Shown here piece after piece: positions 17,772-27,469 of a DNA stretch of 32,000 bases. A program made the translations under genes and the position numbers. The DNA comes from Candidatus Syntropharchaeum caldarium (GTDB lineage Archaea > Halobacteriota > Syntropharchaeia > Syntropharchaeales > Syntropharchaeaceae): positions 360,001 through 392,000 of the forward strand of contig LYOS01000001.1 in NCBI GenBank assembly GCA_001766815.1, written 5' to 3'. The notes below the pieces were generated by a model. That model had not been told where the DNA came from, did not search any database, and saw only the letters and a program-made list of their open reading frames with translations. Each line of letters opens with the position of its first letter. Positions within the stretch are counted from its first letter, which is position 1.

Positions 17772-18669
17772 CTTTGATCGCCCTCATAACTTCTTTCTGT
17801 AGAAGAACAATTATATCGCTGAGCATCCCGAAGATAATGACCTGAACTCCTGTTATTATCATAAGCGCAGTAAAAATGGTCAGAGGTATATGTTCAACAC
17901 GCGGGGTTTTTAACCACTCCCACAGAACATAAGCCCCTGATATACATCCAATAGTAAAAAATAATATCCCGATAACTCCAAAATAAAATAGTGGATTGTA
18001 AGTTTTGACAAGTTTGTAGATCGTGAATGCGATCCTCACTCCATCCCTGATTGGATTGAGCTTTGTCCTGCCAGATCGCATCTTATACAGAATCGGAATC
18101 TCGACGATCCTCAGATCTTTCTTTACGCTCTCAGCTGTGATCTCGGTCTCAATCCCGAAGCCCTCTTCGTTCAGATCGAATGCCTTATACGCCGATTTTT
18201 TGAATACACGATAGCCTGAGAGGATATCTGTGAGCCATTCACCATAGAGCATACCAAATATCTTGTTCAGTAATCGATTACCAAAATGGTTCAGGCGCGT
18301 GAACGCCCCCTTTTCATACATTTCCAGCCGAGTTCCGATGACATGGTCGGCTATTCCCTCTCTTACTGGTTCAAGTAATTTCTCCACATCAGCAGGTACA
18401 TATGTTCCATCACCATCGATCATAACAAGAATCTCAGCGTCTGCGATCGCAAATGCATCTCTAACTGCCATTCCTTTCCCTTTACCATGCTGAACGATCA
18501 CCTTTGCGCCGCATTTTTCAGCAATCTCTCTTGTAGCATCTGAACTGTTTCCATCGACGACAAGTATATTGGTGTAACCAAGCTCTCTAAAATCTGTTAT
18601 CAAGTCACCGATTGAGTCTGCCTCGTTGAGAGTGGGTATAAAAATTAGAACGTCGTCTTTAGTGTTCAT
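17752..18669 (-). CDS. Family 2 glycosyltransferase, dolichyl-phosphate hexose synthase-like, with C-terminal TM helices
   Basis: Motifs [20 protein letters not shown] and MIDGDGTY (DxD). Two C-terminal hydrophobic helices. Confidence 0.8.
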   Translation of the reverse strand: MNTKDDVLIFIPTLNEADSIGDLITDFRELGYTNILVVDGNSSDATREIAEKCGAKVIVQHGKGKGMAVRDAFAIADAEILVMIDGDGTYVPADVEKLLEPVREGIADHVIGTRLEMYEKGAFTRLNHFGNRLLNKIFGMLYGEWLTDILSGYRVFKKSAYKAFDLNEEGFGIETEITAESVKKDLRIVEIPILYKMRSGRTKLNPIRDGVRIAFTIYKLVKTYNPLFYFGVIGILFFTIGCISGAYVLWEWLKTPRVEHIPLTIFTALMIITGVQVIIFGMLSDIIVLLQKEVMRAIKDGKKEL

Positions 18670-18678
18670 TGACCAGCA

Positions 18679-18828
18679 TCATCGCTTGAACTCTGTATAA
18701 CCACACTTTCCACAGGTTTTGCGGTTTATATGTTCTGCTAAAAAGACACCAGGACCACATCTTGGGCAGGTCTCTTTCACGCGCTTGACGGTCTTCCCTG
18801 AGATTGAATAAAAATCATGTATCGCCAT
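18679..18828 (-). CDS. rps27ae: Ribosomal protein S27ae (eS31)
   Basis: Own translation gives MAIHDFYSISGKTVKRVKETCPRCGPGVFLAEHINRKTCGKCGYTEFKR (49 aa), with zinc ribbon CPRCG...CGKCG. Starts 2 nt after the rps24e stop, the conserved archaeal S24e-S27ae pair. Below the length cutoff of the ORF track. Confidence 0.85.
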   Translation of the reverse strand: MAIHDFYSISGKTVKRVKETCPRCGPGVFLAEHINRKTCGKCGYTEFKR

Positions 18829-18830
18829 GA

Positions 18831-19127
18831 TTATGCCTCCTCTTCTGTTTTAACAGCATTTCTCGCCAGTATGTGCGTCTTTTCGATCATCTGTAAGGAA
18901 TCGATATCATCATAGACTTTCGCATACCCCACAACCTCCTGTTTACCAAAAACAGTCTGCATTCTCTCGATTATGAGGAGTTCAGGATTCAGATCAAATG
19001 CTGCTGAAAGTACCTTCTTTGTATCAATGCGTGACGGTTGTGGTCCTTCAAATGTTAGGCTGAAGTTGATCTCCCTGCGCTTCAATACTGGATTAACTAC
19101 ATCTTTGGTGATCTCTGCTTTCATCAT
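18831..19127 (-). CDS. rps24e: Ribosomal protein S24e (eS24)
   Basis: 98 aa. NPVLKRREINFSL...PSR...FGKQEVVGYAKVYD pattern of S24e. Confidence 0.9.
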   Translation of the reverse strand: MMKAEITKDVVNPVLKRREINFSLTFEGPQPSRIDTKKVLSAAFDLNPELLIIERMQTVFGKQEVVGYAKVYDDIDSLQMIEKTHILARNAVKTEEEA

Positions 19128-19146
19128 GATATGAAAGCTTCAGGGG

Positions 19147-19156
19147 TTATTTAAAG
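19147..19156 (-). promoter_or_regulatory. TATA-box-like element upstream of rps24e
   Basis: The minus strand reads CTTTAAATAA, centred ~25 nt upstream of ATG 19127, in the 59-nt spt5-rps24e spacer. Confidence 0.3.
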
Positions 19157-19186
19157 TTTCCTTCAAATCTTCGGCGACCCCTTTCT

Positions 19187-19663
19187 TCACTCGCTCGACT
19201 CCTCCCTGCTCAAAATTCTCACACTATCACCACGAACTGTAACCGGGATTGGTACCATCGCCTCAAAGAGTTCGATCGTGATCTCTTCATGTGTTGCATC
19301 AACCCGTTTTACGATTGCGCGCTCACCTTTGAATGGCCCTGAGATAAGTTCAACGATACAACCCTCTTCAATACCTGTAACTGTGGGTTTGGGTGTCAGA
19401 AAGTGCTCCACCTCGGATATATCCGAACTCCCAGCAATTCGCGTCCGTGCGTATGGAATCGTCTGAATTGCCTGATCGATCAGGTCAGGATTGGTTGTTT
19501 CGACAAGTATATAGCCTTTGAGTTCATCTGGAGCGAATATTGCCCTCACGTCTCCCTTATTCTTCTCCACAAACGCCTCAATCATTCTTGCTACCGTGCG
19601 TTCCTGGTTTACAGTAGTCTTCACTGCATAGATCTCTGCCTCAGCTACTTCTTCTTCAGGCAT
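19187..19663 (-). CDS. spt5: Transcription elongation factor Spt5 (archaeal NusG)
   Basis: NGN domain (IYAVKTTVNQERTVA...GYILVE) plus KOW motif (GPFKGERAIVKRVD). Sits downstream of secE as in most archaea. Confidence 0.92.
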   Translation of the reverse strand: MPEEEVAEAEIYAVKTTVNQERTVARMIEAFVEKNKGDVRAIFAPDELKGYILVETTNPDLIDQAIQTIPYARTRIAGSSDISEVEHFLTPKPTVTGIEEGCIVELISGPFKGERAIVKRVDATHEEITIELFEAMVPIPVTVRGDSVRILSREESSE

Positions 19664-19678
19664 CGAGAAGCCCCGTTT

Positions 19679-19870
19679 TCAGTATAGATTTTTAGGTAGT
19701 ACAGTAATCAGCAGGTAAATGATGAATCCAATAAGGCCGATAAGTAACATACCCGCGCCCGCGATCTTGGAGATCATGAGAAATTCTTCGCGTGTGGGCT
19801 TTCTCGCGAGTTTCAGGACGCGGATATATTCATTTATCGTATCAGATACCTTTCCTGTATTAAATGCCAT
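19679..19870 (-). CDS. secE: Preprotein translocase subunit SecE (Sec61 gamma)
   Basis: 63 aa with an amphipathic N-part (YIRVLKLARKPTREEF), a single C-terminal TM helix, and a conserved position before spt5. Confidence 0.85.
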   Translation of the reverse strand: MAFNTGKVSDTINEYIRVLKLARKPTREEFLMISKIAGAGMLLIGLIGFIIYLLITVLPKNLY

Positions 19871-19876
19871 ACTTTA

Positions 19877-21013
19877 CTACCCAAGATAATCGATCCCATA
19901 TTTGGATTTACTCCATTCACGCTTGCCATACATCTGGGGTGATTTGACACCTGTAACAAGCAGCATCGTTCTGACGTGCCCTTCAAGCTCTGGATCGATG
20001 TGAACACCCCATATAATCCGTGCGTTTCTATCCACTCGCTTATATATCTCTTCAACGACACCTTCTGCCTCTTCAATTGTCATATCAGGACCACCACAGA
20101 CATAGACGAGTGCTGCCGTAGCGCCAGAGATGTCAAGATCAAGCAAAGGACTGCTCAACGCCCTTTTCACCGAATTGATGGCTTTATCTTCACCTTCAGC
20201 CTCGCCAAGACCCATCATTGCAACGCCACCTTTCTGCATCACGGTTCTAACATCAGAGAAGTCGAGGTTGACAAGTCCAGGTCTTGTGATAAGCTCTGTG
20301 ATTCCTTTTATCGCTCGCATCAGAATCTCATCTGCAAGCTTGAACGCAGCGGTCAAAGGCAGGTTTGGAGCAACCTCAAGGAGCTTATCGTTTGGTATTA
20401 CAATCACGGTATCTGATACATCTCTCAATCGCTCCAATCCTGCATCTGCATTTGCCCTTCGCACATCGCCTTCTGCGGTGAATGGCATCGTAACAATCGA
20501 GATTGTGAGTGCTCCTGCTTCCTGTGCAGCTGCTGCAACAACCGGCGCTGAACCAGTCCCCGTGCCACCACCGAGCCCACAGGTGACAAAGACCATGTCC
20601 ATATCCTTAACTGCTGCTTTTATATCGTCCTCATTCTCCATCGCGGCAGCTTCACCAATCTGCGGAATACTACCTGCACCAAGCCCTCTTGTAGTTTTCT
20701 TACCGATCAGGATTTTTTTATCTGCATTAACATACAGGAGGTGCTGAGCATCTGTATTCAGGGCATAGAGGTTTGCGCCGTGTATTCCTTCTTCTGCCGT
20801 TCGCTGGATTGTATTCGTACCGCCGCCACCGCATCCGATCACACAAATTCTCGTTGTGAGACTATCAAGTAGTGCTTCAAGTTCAGCATCCGATGATCCA
20901 AACTCATGGCCTTCAATATCGACAGGGGTGTGTCTCCTTTCTGCCATTCTTGGGACATCCATATCTGAAGATTGATTTGCTCGAGAAATTGCTTCATCCA
21001 CTATTGATTTCAT
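19877..21013 (-). CDS. ftsZ: Cell division GTPase FtsZ
   Basis: Motifs GCGGGGTNT and the tubulin signature [15 protein letters not shown]. The start is taken at ATG 21013 (MKSIVDEA...), which is preceded by GGGGAG and AT-rich TATA-like elements. The ORF-track start 21079 would overlap trm5. Confidence 0.93.
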   Translation of the reverse strand: MKSIVDEAISRANQSSDMDVPRMAERRHTPVDIEGHEFGSSDAELEALLDSLTTRICVIGCGGGGTNTIQRTAEEGIHGANLYALNTDAQHLLYVNADKKILIGKKTTRGLGAGSIPQIGEAAAMENEDDIKAAVKDMDMVFVTCGLGGGTGTGSAPVVAAAAQEAGALTISIVTMPFTAEGDVRRANADAGLERLRDVSDTVIVIPNDKLLEVAPNLPLTAAFKLADEILMRAIKGITELITRPGLVNLDFSDVRTVMQKGGVAMMGLGEAEGEDKAINSVKRALSSPLLDLDISGATAALVYVCGGPDMTIEEAEGVVEEIYKRVDRNARIIWGVHIDPELEGHVRTMLLVTGVKSPQMYGKREWSKSKYGIDYLG

Positions 21014-21045
21014 GAAATTCTCCCCACACTGTTTTATAACTGCGC

Positions 21046-21060
21046 ATTTAGTATTTATCT
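21046..21060 (-). promoter_or_regulatory. TATA-box-like element upstream of ftsZ
   Basis: The minus strand reads AGATAAATACTAAAT, ~40 nt upstream of ATG 21013, with GGGGAG between. This supports the shorter ftsZ start. Confidence 0.3.
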
Positions 21061-21075
21061 TTTGCCCTCCCCGCA

Positions 21076-22089
21076 TCACGCTTTAGAGCTGGATGTCGGG
21101 ATAAAATCTACCACAACATTATAAAGATGTGGTGCATAGGATCTGACAACACCCCTATGAAGTATCCTGATACCACCTACTTTTCTCTCAAGTTTACGGA
21201 TGAGCCCGCCGAAGAGGTCGTTATCCTGCCTGATGTCATAAAAATGAACAACACCACCGTGCTTGATAATAGTGAGTGCCGCATCCAGGAACTCAAAAGC
21301 CTGAAGTGGGAGGTTCATGATCGCCCGATCTGCTACGTTTGCAAGTTCTGGTGCAATCTCACGCACATCGCCAGTTCTTACCTCAACGTTCTCGATACGA
21401 TTCAACGAAAGGTTTTTCATGAGATAATGAGTTGCATCAGGATTTATATCGATCGCTATAACTCGGCGCGCCCGCTTTGCCACGGGGATTGTGTAGGGAC
21501 CAACTCCTGCAAACATATCAACAACCAGTTCATCTGATCCGACCTGCGACGCCACCCGCTGGCGCTCTGTTGCAAGACGAGGGGTGAAGTACACCTTTCT
21601 GATGTCAAACCTGAATCTGTTTCCGTACTCCCGCAGCTCAATTTCATGGATGGGTGCGCCCCCAACCCATTCAAATGTCCTCACTCTATACTCCCCTGAT
21701 ACAGGTGTTTTTGGAATCACAACAGTTCTTATTCCTTTGTTAACCCTCAGGATTGCATCTGCAGCATCATTGATTGCCACATCACCTGGTGGAAGCATCA
21801 CCGCGATATCACCCAGTACCTCAAATGATGGTTTGAGACCGATAATATCCTCGATTGTAAGCTTTCTTGCCACCCTTTCAAAGTCACCGCGATCGACCTG
21901 CACCCTGCACCCTGTAATCTCGTTGATTTTATCTGACTGGGTATCATCAGGCACATTCGTGATTGGGATCTTAAGTGACTTCTCTGTGCTTTTTATTCTA
22001 AGTCTTCGATCCAGAAGGTTCTGATCACCGAGATATCGTCTTACACGTTCGCCTGAGGCTTTTGGAACTTCTATGAAATATGATTCCAT
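21076..22089 (-). CDS. trm5: tRNA (guanine37-N1)-methyltransferase Trm5 / Taw22 family
   Basis: Met-10+ like class I SAM methyltransferase: [33 protein letters not shown] motif. 337 aa. Confidence 0.85.
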   Translation of the reverse strand: MESYFIEVPKASGERVRRYLGDQNLLDRRLRIKSTEKSLKIPITNVPDDTQSDKINEITGCRVQVDRGDFERVARKLTIEDIIGLKPSFEVLGDIAVMLPPGDVAINDAADAILRVNKGIRTVVIPKTPVSGEYRVRTFEWVGGAPIHEIELREYGNRFRFDIRKVYFTPRLATERQRVASQVGSDELVVDMFAGVGPYTIPVAKRARRVIAIDINPDATHYLMKNLSLNRIENVEVRTGDVREIAPELANVADRAIMNLPLQAFEFLDAALTIIKHGGVVHFYDIRQDNDLFGGLIRKLERKVGGIRILHRGVVRSYAPHLYNVVVDFIPTSSSKA

Positions 22090-22890
22090 CTAAGAAGTAT
22101 GTACAAGCGGTTCGAGGTATTTCTTGCGGATCTCTTTGCCACGATCAATTCCCATCTTCACCGCTTTTGCAAGTAACTCAGGCTTCAGCGGGCCACCCCC
22201 TATCTTCTGCATACCTGAAAGTGCCCCATCCTTATTCGAAATTACAGTTAACCGTGTGGATGCGACAGTTTCCTCGATATAGGTGGGATCAACGAGTATA
22301 TTACCTTCAAACTCGACCATTGTGACTGCAACAGGAATATCCACCACAGGAAGCGGCTCATCCTCCTCTGCAATTCCATAGTGCTTGTTCGGTATCGTTG
22401 TTGTGAGAAGCGCTGCAATTGCACCGAGTGAAGCAGCATCAAGGAGGTTTCCATCGTGATCAAGGATGTGAATATCGATGAAGACCAGCCAGACCTTCTC
22501 ACCCTCTACAAGACAGAGCTTCTTCAGATCGATCGCTTTAGATTCCCTTACACCCCGATCAACAACTCTTGCAAGTTCAACCGCCTCTTCGCCAGGCGGT
22601 CCTGACTCAAACGTCGGTGATGCAAGCGGAATCAGCTCGGCATTTGTAATTATAACACCTGAATCAGGTGTATCGGGGAAAGGCTCACCTGGCTGCATCT
22701 TGACACCAACTGCAACCATCGAATCACCGAGTTTAACCAGAGCTGAACCCTCTGCACGCTCAAGTATACCTGTTTCAATTGAAATTTCTCTGTGTTCATC
22801 AAACGCCCTGCCATCTTCCCGTTCATTCCGTTGCAGGAGATTGTACATCTGGTCACGATGGATTTCTATGAGAACATCGTTATCACTCAT
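22090..22890 (-). CDS. rrp42: Exosome complex RNase PH-like subunit Rrp42
   Basis: [32 protein letters not shown]. Position after rrp41 with a 4-nt overlap. Confidence 0.9.
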   Translation of the reverse strand: MSDNDVLIEIHRDQMYNLLQRNEREDGRAFDEHREISIETGILERAEGSALVKLGDSMVAVGVKMQPGEPFPDTPDSGVIITNAELIPLASPTFESGPPGEEAVELARVVDRGVRESKAIDLKKLCLVEGEKVWLVFIDIHILDHDGNLLDAASLGAIAALLTTTIPNKHYGIAEEDEPLPVVDIPVAVTMVEFEGNILVDPTYIEETVASTRLTVISNKDGALSGMQKIGGGPLKPELLAKAVKMGIDRGKEIRKKYLEPLVHTS

Positions 22891-23630
22891 ATTTCTTTCT
22901 CCTCCTCTCCAAGCTCACTTCTGTATTTTGCGATCAGTGCCTCACGCTGAAGCTCATAGATCTGTCTGCATCCTTTGATCACGAGTTCCATGCCTTCCAT
23001 AAACTCATCATACGTCAGATGCCCATCCATCTGTATCATCGTAATCTCTTCGGTGCGCGGTATCATGGCGACGGGCACATCAGCCTCTCCAAAGTTGTCC
23101 TCTTCCTTGCAAAGATCAAGTACGATCTCACCATCGATCTTACCAAACGCACAGGCGGTTACAAGTCCTTTCATCGGAATTCCCGCATTAGCCATCGCAA
23201 CAGATGCTGCATTGATGCCTGCTGCCCTTGTTCCTGCATCTGACTGAAGAACCTCGACAAAGACGTCGATCGCGGTCTTGGGAAACCGTTCCCTGAAGAC
23301 AACAGGCTCCATGGCCTCTCTGCTCACTTTTGATATCTCGATGCTTCTTCTATCAGGTCCAGGCCGCTTACGCTCCCCCACCGAGAATGATGCCATATTA
23401 TATCTGTATCGTAGAACTGCTTTTGTTGGTCGCTGGAGGTGGCGGGGATGGACTTCTCTTGGCCCATAAACCGCAGCCATAATCTTGTTACCACCATGTT
23501 CCAGATAACACGAACCATCAGCTCGCTTGAGTACGCCAGCTTCTATCTTTATGGGTCTGAGTTCATCCTTTCTTCTGCCATCGAGCCTCAGCCCATCCTT
23601 GAAAAATGTATATATATCATCAACCATCAT
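22887..23630 (-). CDS. rrp41: Exosome complex exonuclease Rrp41
   Basis: [36 protein letters not shown] and [12 protein letters not shown] motifs. Confidence 0.92.
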   Translation of the reverse strand: MMVDDIYTFFKDGLRLDGRRKDELRPIKIEAGVLKRADGSCYLEHGGNKIMAAVYGPREVHPRHLQRPTKAVLRYRYNMASFSVGERKRPGPDRRSIEISKVSREAMEPVVFRERFPKTAIDVFVEVLQSDAGTRAAGINAASVAMANAGIPMKGLVTACAFGKIDGEIVLDLCKEEDNFGEADVPVAMIPRTEEITMIQMDGHLTYDEFMEGMELVIKGCRQIYELQREALIAKYRSELGEEEKEI

Positions 23631-24307
23631 TTCATCCTCTCTCTACATGCTTTCATATATTCAACAACCCTATTTGTCAACCCCGCGGTATGCGCCTCCC
23701 GTACAACCATCTCTATGGCGCGTGCTGCGAGATTCATATTTTCTGGTGTTCCCTGTAACCATATCCTTCCGTTCTGTCCAACAAAGACTGAACACCTGCT
23801 CTCACGCTTTATCATACTTATCATCGATCCACCACGCCCGATCAATCTTGGAACGCGTGTATGCGAGATTTCAATCAGATTACCACCACGAAGCACAGTT
23901 GTCTGCCGGTCCTTGAGCGTCAGATCAACCGTCATCGCCATGCCAACCTCCTGGACTCCAGCAACAATCAGATCGCCAACACGTATGTAGCGCCCCATCT
24001 CTTCTGCTTCTATACGCTTTGGAAATTCTGAAATATGGAGGCGTGCGATATAAGGAGATGAGATGTCCACAATCCAGCTTGAAAAATTAATCTCAGTCAC
24101 ACTACCTATTACTGTATCGCCTTTGCGTGGTATATACTTTCCTGCAAGTGGAATAACTCTTACAATGCGATCTTTTTTATCTAAGACCCCGTACACGCTT
24201 GCATATATTTTTCCATCCTCGATGAATACCCCATCGCCAACCTTCATCGGCTCTTCTGAGATTAGGTCGCCAGGAACTACAATTCTGGCATGATTATCTG
24301 AATCCAT
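23627..24307 (-). CDS. rrp4: Exosome complex RNA-binding subunit Rrp4
   Basis: N-terminal domain, then an S1 domain ([14 protein letters not shown]), then a KH domain ([16 protein letters not shown]). Confidence 0.9.
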   Translation of the reverse strand: MDSDNHARIVVPGDLISEEPMKVGDGVFIEDGKIYASVYGVLDKKDRIVRVIPLAGKYIPRKGDTVIGSVTEINFSSWIVDISSPYIARLHISEFPKRIEAEEMGRYIRVGDLIVAGVQEVGMAMTVDLTLKDRQTTVLRGGNLIEISHTRVPRLIGRGGSMISMIKRESRCSVFVGQNGRIWLQGTPENMNLAARAIEMVVREAHTAGLTNRVVEYMKACRERMK

Positions 24308-24315
24308 TGCGACAC

Positions 24316-25011
24316 CTACTCTTTCAAAAGTTTTGTTTCGGCTTCTCCTTTTGTAATTCGATTTATGAGGCCATAAAACTCATCCTGTATACCTGCAGGA
24401 ATCTTGATGATACCGATCCATGATCCATCATTCTGCCATTCTTCTTTAATCAGGTCACCATGATTCTTAAGTTCATAAATACCTGATGTGTATGCTGCAG
24501 GAATCTTCACAGCGATTCTGACCTCTTCAAACCGGATCGGGATGATCGGTCTTATCGCCTTCATCGCTTCATTGACAAGATCATCAGTACGCTTGAAGGG
24601 ATCGATATTCACACCTGCTTCCTCCATCGCACGCTCGATACGCTGGGGCGGGTGCGGAGTCATCGTCTGGGGGTTTATCCCATTGCGCGCAATGATATTT
24701 ATCACCTGCCGTCGCTTATCTTCCTGCATCCGCTTTCGCTGGGCAGCAGTCAGTTGCAGCTCTCCTTCCTTTATTATGCGTGCTGCGATTGTAGGCAGAT
24801 CAAGCGTCTCAAAAGCTGTATTCAAATCTGTTTCAGAAGCCCGGTCCCCCGCTGCAGCATCTGTAAAGACATCCTCTACCGCAAGAATCTCTTCTAATGG
24901 AAGATCTTTTCCATGTTTGAATGATAAGGCAAGTTCTGGATCCACAAATATTTCAAACGTCAGACCATGACGCTTGAACCTTGCAATAACTGCGTCATCA
25001 AGGCTTACCAT
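24316..25011 (-). CDS. sdo1: Ribosome maturation protein SBDS/Sdo1
   Basis: N-terminal FYSH domain (ARFKRHGLTFEIFVDPELAL). 231 aa. Conserved position between psmA and rrp4. Confidence 0.9.
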   Translation of the reverse strand: MVSLDDAVIARFKRHGLTFEIFVDPELALSFKHGKDLPLEEILAVEDVFTDAAAGDRASETDLNTAFETLDLPTIAARIIKEGELQLTAAQRKRMQEDKRRQVINIIARNGINPQTMTPHPPQRIERAMEEAGVNIDPFKRTDDLVNEAMKAIRPIIPIRFEEVRIAVKIPAAYTSGIYELKNHGDLIKEEWQNDGSWIGIIKIPAGIQDEFYGLINRITKGEAETKLLKE

Positions 25012-25013
25012 TG

Positions 25014-25775
25014 CTATGTTTCCTCTTCTCCCTCCTCATCTTCACTGGCGTGACGTTCACGGATCGTCTGTAGATACCCTCCAAGCTCATCGGGATCAAG
25101 CATCCTGAACTTCTTTGTCTCAACCTCTATCACACCAACCTCAATTGTGTCTGCATCAAATCTACCTTCGGTGATCGTGTAGAGAATATCAAGTCCGAGG
25201 TGGATCGCATCGTCCATGCTTATATCCTCGGCATAATTTGCTTCAAAGTGTTCCATCACCTCAGCTCTACCTGCACCGATCGCGGTTGCTTTGTATTCCA
25301 GGAGCGCTCCACTTGGATCGGTCTCAAAGAGCCTCGGTTCCTTGCGATCTACACCTGCGATTAAAAGTGCGGTTCCAAAAGGTCTGACACCGCCATATTG
25401 CGTGTAGTTCTGTTTGAAATCACAGATTTTTTTCGCAAGAATCTCAACGCCAATCGCTTCATCATAAACTACTCTATTAATCTGCGCTTCAATTCGCCCA
25501 CGATCAACAAGAAATCGCGCGTCTGCGACAAGCCCCGAGGTTGCAACACCGATATGTTCATCAATCTGAAATATCTTCTCGATTGATGCTGCCTCGAGTA
25601 GTCTGCTTGTAACCCTTTTATCCACAAGCAGGACGACCCCGCTTTTTACCTTAATTCCCACTGCTGTTGTCCCTCTTTTTACAGCCTCTCTGGCATATTC
25701 TACCTGGAACAGGCGTCCATCTGGGCTGAAAACTGTGATTGCCCGATCGTATCCCATCTGTGGCATCATCTGCAT
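25014..25775 (-). CDS. psmA: Proteasome subunit alpha
   Basis: [32 protein letters not shown] at the N-terminus, with an acidic C-terminal tail. Confidence 0.95.
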   Translation of the reverse strand: MQMMPQMGYDRAITVFSPDGRLFQVEYAREAVKRGTTAVGIKVKSGVVLLVDKRVTSRLLEAASIEKIFQIDEHIGVATSGLVADARFLVDRGRIEAQINRVVYDEAIGVEILAKKICDFKQNYTQYGGVRPFGTALLIAGVDRKEPRLFETDPSGALLEYKATAIGAGRAEVMEHFEANYAEDISMDDAIHLGLDILYTITEGRFDADTIEVGVIEVETKKFRMLDPDELGGYLQTIRERHASEDEEGEEET

Positions 25776-25810
25776 ACTTCGTCCTCCACGCTTTAAATAG
25801 TCGTCTTCTT

Positions 25811-26557
25811 TTAAATATCTTGGTGTTGCTCGTCGTAAATAATCGTCAGTATCTCTCCGATCTCTTCGATGATATAATCAGGTTCACATTCGATCTCGTC
25901 CATACACTCACCAAAAACAGCTCTGCTTGTTGACCACATGCCCTTAAGTGACTTATTAAGAAGTGCAGACTTCATATCAGCAAGTTTAGCCCCTTTGACA
26001 TCCTCAAGCGGATCGTTGCCAACAGCAAGCACATGCTGAGGCTTGACGTTGAGTGCAGATGCAGTCCTGAGGAAGATCTCGGGGTCAGGCTTTGTGATCT
26101 TCCAGCGTGATGATATCCCGAGCACATCGAAGTAATCGAGTATTCCAGCCGATCCAAGATCACGGATTGCATAGTAGCATGGTGAATTTGAGACAATTCC
26201 ACACCTGATGCCAAGTTCTGAAAGTTCATCGAGTGTCTCGATGACATCTGGTGCAAGTTCCGCTTCTGAGTCGAGTGCCCCAACCTCGATAAGCTCATCC
26301 ATGAAACGATCATCATAGTGATCTCGATCGGCGATGTCCTGCAGTATCGCCCTGAAATAAGCATAGACGTCCGCGAAATGACCTCTTGAGAACTCAATCC
26401 ACCTGTGAGCAGCCTTAAGTGCCACGTCCTCAGGATCTGTATCGATGCCATGTGCTTTCAGGAAATTTGCGATCATGCGACTTCTGACCATTACAGATTC
26501 CTCTGATACAAAGAGGAGCGTCCCATAAATGTCAAAGAGAACTGCTTCGATCACCAT
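25811..26557 (-). CDS. HAD-superfamily hydrolase, haloacid-dehalogenase-like subfamily (motif I D-x-Y-G-T)
   Basis: Motif [11 protein letters not shown], motif II VSNS, and a C-terminal GNDPLEDV motif. The start is taken at ATG 26557 (MVIEAVLFD...). The ORF-track start 26578 is also possible and would overlap the upstream gene by 19 nt. Confidence 0.72.
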   Translation of the reverse strand: MVIEAVLFDIYGTLLFVSEESVMVRSRMIANFLKAHGIDTDPEDVALKAAHRWIEFSRGHFADVYAYFRAILQDIADRDHYDDRFMDELIEVGALDSEAELAPDVIETLDELSELGIRCGIVSNSPCYYAIRDLGSAGILDYFDVLGISSRWKITKPDPEIFLRTASALNVKPQHVLAVGNDPLEDVKGAKLADMKSALLNKSLKGMWSTSRAVFGECMDEIECEPDYIIEEIGEILTIIYDEQHQDI

Positions 26558-26559
26558 TT

Positions 26560-27417
26560 TCAGGGAGGCTCTATCCATCGATCAAACTCACGATACTTCT
26601 GGCTTAGATTTTTAATCTCTTCAAACCTTGCTTTGAATTTCTTTTCTGTTGCTCGGATCCAGTTGTTGAGGTGTGCTTCAAAATTCTCCTCGGTCCATCT
26701 GTGGTTTACGACTGAATTCGCATCATATTCAAGCCTTATTGAGCTATTTTCAAGTCTTATAGTGATCTTTGCATTACATACAGGGCATACAGCACCTTTT
26801 TCAGTAATTCTAACAAGATCTGTTCGGCACACCGGACATAACCCGGTAGAATTCTGCTGTTCTGGTTCTGCTGCTCCAGCAAGCACTTTTCCGATTGAGT
26901 TTGCGCTTTCAACGACTTTATCATCGAGCAGAACCTCTCCAGGTCCTGGAGCATACGCCACAAGTGTTCTTTCAATCCGCATATTATATGCGAGAAGACA
27001 GGTATTCAGGATTGGAACTGTGAACGCATCCCATTCGGGTAATCCTGCAACAGCGATCGATGCCCCCACCTTCCCATGCATGCGATCGAGTCGGGTTGCA
27101 AACTGGAGGGCACGGTCTGTGAAGAGTTTGATGGTTGCACATGCGCCCAGATAATAGGTAGGTGCACCGATGATTATAGCATCTGCCTCAACCATTTTTT
27201 CAAAGATCCACTCCAGATCATCATCGATCCTGCACCCTTCATTTCTGAAGACACACGCCATACAGCCAGTGCAGGGCCTGATTGAGAGGTCTGTGAGCCG
27301 AATCATCCCAGTCTCTGCCCCTACTTCCTCTGCCCCCATCAATGCTTCTTTTATCAGAACCTCAGTATTGCCGTTCTTTCTTGCAGAACCAAGTAGACCA
27401 AGAAGCTTTCTCATCAT
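26560..27417 (-). CDS. Iron-sulfur flavoprotein (Isf)-like FMN reductase with C-terminal zinc-ribbon extension
   Basis: Flavodoxin-like N-terminus LLGSARKNGNTE, compact cluster motif CTGCMACVFRNEGC (Cx2Cx2Cx6C), and a C-terminal CPVC-x14-CPVC. The start is taken at ATG 27417 (MMRKLL...) rather than 27486, which would overlap the divergent gene. Confidence 0.7.
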   Translation of the reverse strand: MMRKLLGLLGSARKNGNTEVLIKEALMGAEEVGAETGMIRLTDLSIRPCTGCMACVFRNEGCRIDDDLEWIFEKMVEADAIIIGAPTYYLGACATIKLFTDRALQFATRLDRMHGKVGASIAVAGLPEWDAFTVPILNTCLLAYNMRIERTLVAYAPGPGEVLLDDKVVESANSIGKVLAGAAEPEQQNSTGLCPVCRTDLVRITEKGAVCPVCNAKITIRLENSSIRLEYDANSVVNHRWTEENFEAHLNNWIRATEKKFKARFEEIKNLSQKYREFDRWIEPP

Positions 27418-27469
27418 ATCTCGATCATGGTAAAAGTTTATCAACCTTACGCACATAATTGAATTCTGA

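Noticed and set aside
20130-20747. 205-aa plus-strand ORF (and 19976..20416) opposite ftsZ.
   Set aside because: It is antisense to an unambiguous FtsZ gene. Its Ser/Ala/Pro-rich composition mirrors the Gly/Ala-rich FtsZ codons.
21014-21079. N-terminal extension of ftsZ ([22 protein letters not shown]) given by the ORF track. Similar 5' extensions occur at 1932..2009 (TIM barrel) and 27418..27486 (Isf-like).
   Set aside because: The extensions overlap neighbouring genes or promoter-like AT-rich sequence and do not resemble the family N-termini. Internal ATGs with SD-like or TATA-like context give canonical N-termini.
22478-24970. Series of 160-183-aa plus-strand ORFs opposite rrp42, rrp41, rrp4 and sdo1.
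   Set aside because: All are antisense to strongly recognisable exosome and SBDS genes. They are Ser-rich with no motifs.
25791-25800. CTATTTAAAG (minus strand) considered as a psmA TATA box.
   Set aside because: It is centred only ~21 nt upstream of the ATG, with a GGAGGA SD in between. That geometry is incompatible with a TSS ~25 nt downstream of a TATA box, so psmA may be read through from upstream or the match is fortuitous.
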